This document shows, piece after piece, positions 17,244 through 20,000 of a stretch of DNA of 20,000 nt; the stretch's first letter is position 1, and every line of letters begins with the position of its first letter. The translations under genes and the position numbers were made by a program. The notes beneath the pieces were generated by a model. The model searched no databases, was not told where the DNA came from, and was given only the letters and a program-made list of their open reading frames with translations. Source of the stretch: Catajapyx aquilonaris (Eukaryota); assembly GCA_000934665.2 (NCBI GenBank), contig KZ538496.1:46143-66142 (forward strand), given 5' to 3'.

Positions 17244-18080
17244 GCGATATGCCCATTTCACTCAATTTCAGTGGTTTTTTCGCTCGAATCTGAGTGAAAT
17301 GATCGCTCAGTTTGAGTGGATATATTTCACTCACGTGATCGAGTGATTTCCACTTAATTTGAGCCGCAATCAATCCGGGTAGAGGGTTGAGTGACAAAAT
17401 CACTCAAATTGAGTGTAAATCCACACAAATTTGTGTAAGAGTTACAACCAGCAGCACTAATTGAAAGGTCATGTTCGTGATCCCACACTGGATGAAAGGG
17501 AATTTTGTTTTACACCATTTGGTTTCCCTCAGCCACAGCCAAAGACGTTAATAACACTTCTTCATACAAGGACATCGTTTCTAGACCACTGATAAGGGGG
17601 GGTAAAAAGAGATAAGACTTTCTTTTCCCCTCTCCAGTACAGTAGCCCCACGCGCCATTGCATTTAATCGGGGCCCCCCTTTTCCTTCCCCTAGTCCAAT
17701 GGTACTCCGATATCGTTTCCCCCTGTAAAGGTTCATAGAGGAAAAAGAAGAAGAAGAGTGGAGGCGAAAACCTGCCTCCGGTTCATCTTTTATGGATGAG
17801 ATCGGCTGCCGTTTCATCGCCCCCCACCCTTCCACCCTTCCACCCCCCTCTCCCGCTTTAAAAAAATATAAGTAAACATGGCTCCTGGACCTTGCTCCTG
17901 ATAAATAAGAGGAACCTCTCTCTTTTTATGGTGGCTCGCTCGATGAGTAGATGTTGGGGATCGACCTCAAAAGGAGAAGAAAAACTCGGATGTGATGCAT
18001 GGAAAGTCAGCCTGGAAAATGAGAGAGAGAAAATGGCGGTTAACATGCTGGACTATATGTCCGTTTTGACTCACCTTGTA

Positions 18081-18297
18081 CAGTACTGGACAATGGTGTC
18101 GCCACGAGCCGATAACGGCAAAAGAGCGAATCGAAAGTACATGACCACCTTTCACTTGGAAATTTTCCCTCCGGATGACCATCTTCATTTGATCATAAGT
18201 CAAGAAGTTGGTCATCCGAAGGGCAAATTTCGATTCGCTCCTTTGCCACCAACGGCTCGTCGCGCCACCAGTACGACACCATTAATGTCCAGCACTG
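18081..18297. mobile_element. 217-bp palindromic MITE of Tc1/mariner type
   Basis: TA|CAGTACTGGACA...TGTCCAGCACTG|TA. The arms pair nearly end to end (ATGGTGTCG/CGACACCAT, GAGCGAATCGAAA/TTTCGATTCGCTC, CGGATGACCA/TGGTCATCCG). Confidence 0.85.
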
Positions 18298-18832
18298 TAT
18301 ACCCAACGACAAAAGCGTCGTTTTTCGCGAGTTGCCCTCGATTTTATTCCAGCCCCCTTATATATTATTGTCCTCAATGCCGATTAGTGTTGTTCACAAA
18401 TCAAAGCGACAACTGGCCAGTGTTGTGTGGTCATAATGGATCTCCCCCTCCTCAACTTTTGTCCACCTCCTTACGCCAAAAGAATACATTAGTGCGTATA
18501 TCGGAAGCATATCGCCCTTTCCCCCCCATTATTTGATAGGAAAAAGGGGCTGACGTCAGATGAAAAATGGCTTCCTATTGGTCATGCGTCGTCGACTGAC
18601 CCCAACAATAGGGGGCTACAAATGGACCTGTGGGCCATAATTATATGACAAAAGTCTAACAATGGTCGCTGAAATAAATTACACAACATATACTCGATTT
18701 AGATAAATTCGTATAGAAATCGCATAGAATTGGCTAAGGACAAAGTCACGCCTATATCCAATCAATTACATATATGATTTGGTGTTGTCCTATAGTTTTT
18801 TTACGTAGCCTGATTGGGCTTTTTCCCTTTTA

Positions 18833-19044
18833 TTTTTACTCAAAACGAGTGGGGTTCAAATCAAGTGGAAGAACGAGTGGAAATCACTCAAAACGAGTGG
18901 AAAAATACTCGAAATTTGTTAGAGTGATAGAGGATAAAGTAGTGTCTTCTATCGCTCTAAAAATATTTAATGTATTTTTCCATTCGTTTTGAGTGACTTT
19001 CACTCTTCCACTTGATTTGAATCCCACTCGTTTGGAGTGAAAAA
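18833..19044. repeat. Imperfect palindrome with about 100-bp arms
   Basis: ACTCAAAACGAGTGGGGTTCAAATCAAGTGGAAGA...TTAGAGTGATAGAGGA is mirrored by TCTTCTATCGCTCTAA...TCTTCCACTTGATTTGAATCCCACTCGTTTGGAGT. Confidence 0.85.
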
Positions 19045-20000
19045 AAAATCACTCTATCTTCTAAGTTATTTTCACTCAGAATGAGTTATCATTTCATATT
19101 CACTGAAAGAGTTAGTCCCTCATTCTATATATTTTCACTCTTCTTTAATATTCCACTCGATTTGAGTTGAAGTAAATATTTGCATATAGGATATAGGAAA
19201 ATTCACTCAAAAATATAGCATTTTTCGAAATGGGGTCCTATAGCTTTGGTCTGGGATTTGGGAATTTGTATACACGAACAGCTTCACCATTTGCAGTCAT
19301 GTATAAACAAGCACTTTCAGCACCAATATGTCATTCCTATAGGTAAATTATCGCGGGTTTAAAAGTCACTCAAATTGGCTGGAAAAAAGGGGCGTGGTCT
19401 AGAGGGCGCATTCCGACTCCTGCCTATTCCGCGTGACGTCAGATGGCAATGCGATACCGTACAAGTAATAATGATCTTTGATAGATCCTAGCTAGAAAAC
19501 TAATACGTATTTCTTAGAACAAAAAAAAACAAAATTCATTTAAAAATAAGGACGATTTTTTAATACATATGTTTGCAAAATGTAGGCTATACATTGCTCA
19601 TTTTTTGAGTGAAATCTTCACAGTCGAAATTTTTAGAGACTTTTTTTTTTGTCGAAACCGAATTGGAGACAAACAGATTCATAACCTGTGTATAAGATGG
19701 AGTCAGTTTGAGAGGATTGACCTATTAGACTGCTGCGTTTTCTGATGGGATGCTAATAGAGCTGGTTCCTATATAAGAGGAGGTGATGGGGGATGGGGTG
19801 GAGGGGGGCAGGAACAAAGTAAAAGCGGGGAATTAGTTTTTCCCACGTGATCTTTTCCAGATTCTTACAGATTGATGAGAGCGACTCCCTGTGAGGGGAA
19901 CATTTGTAATTACATGGGAGGGGGTGGGGCAGAGTCCTCATTTCGCCCTCTGCTTGCCTCCTCTTTTATACTGAAACCTTCTTTTGCGATCAGAAAAGAG

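Larger units (their letters stand above)
16266..19616. mobile_element. Degenerate foldback-type non-autonomous DNA transposon (long inverted arms built from CACTC/GAGTG subrepeats); ends approximate
   Basis: 16884-17021 is an imperfect reverse complement of 19071-19213. GATTTCACTC at 16266 mirrors GAGTGAAATC at 19607-19616. No transposase ORF or TSD was identified. Confidence 0.55.

Noticed and set aside
17892..18536. 214-aa ORF as a gene or transposase
   Set aside because: It runs through the palindromic MITE, starts at TTG and has no recognisable motif.
19390..19445. CTCF-like TCTAGAGGGCGC and CRE TGACGTCA (also at 18551)
   Set aside because: Short motifs inside a repeat-derived region with no associated gene in the window; not supportable.

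Overview
Eukaryotic (invertebrate, probably arthropod) genomic DNA with short GT-AG introns. From left to right: (1) the 5' two-thirds of a cytoplasmic tyrosyl-tRNA synthetase gene (minus strand), with a candidate in-frame upstream EF1B/GST-C-like exon, a pyrimidine-tract (TOP/TCT) promoter and two intronic C/D snoRNAs. (2) A 3.2-kb rearranged, pseudogenised TyrRS/TyrRS/RPS4 duplicate whose exons are broken but which keeps a promoter copy, splice sites and six (possibly seven) intronic snoRNAs; this is a candidate newborn non-coding snoRNA host gene. (3) A three-exon THAP9/P-element-type transposase gene (about 892 aa) with an open frame, an apparently lost catalytic Asp and no visible TIRs. 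(4) An intact RPS4 gene hosting two C/D snoRNAs and one SNORA16-like H/ACA snoRNA. (5) A divergent DONSON/humpty dumpty gene. (6) A repeat-rich right end with a 26-bp palindromic satellite, long foldback-like inverted repeats, a TA-flanked Tc1/mariner-type MITE and a 26-N gap. All assignments were made by eye and from recalled family motifs; no searches were run.
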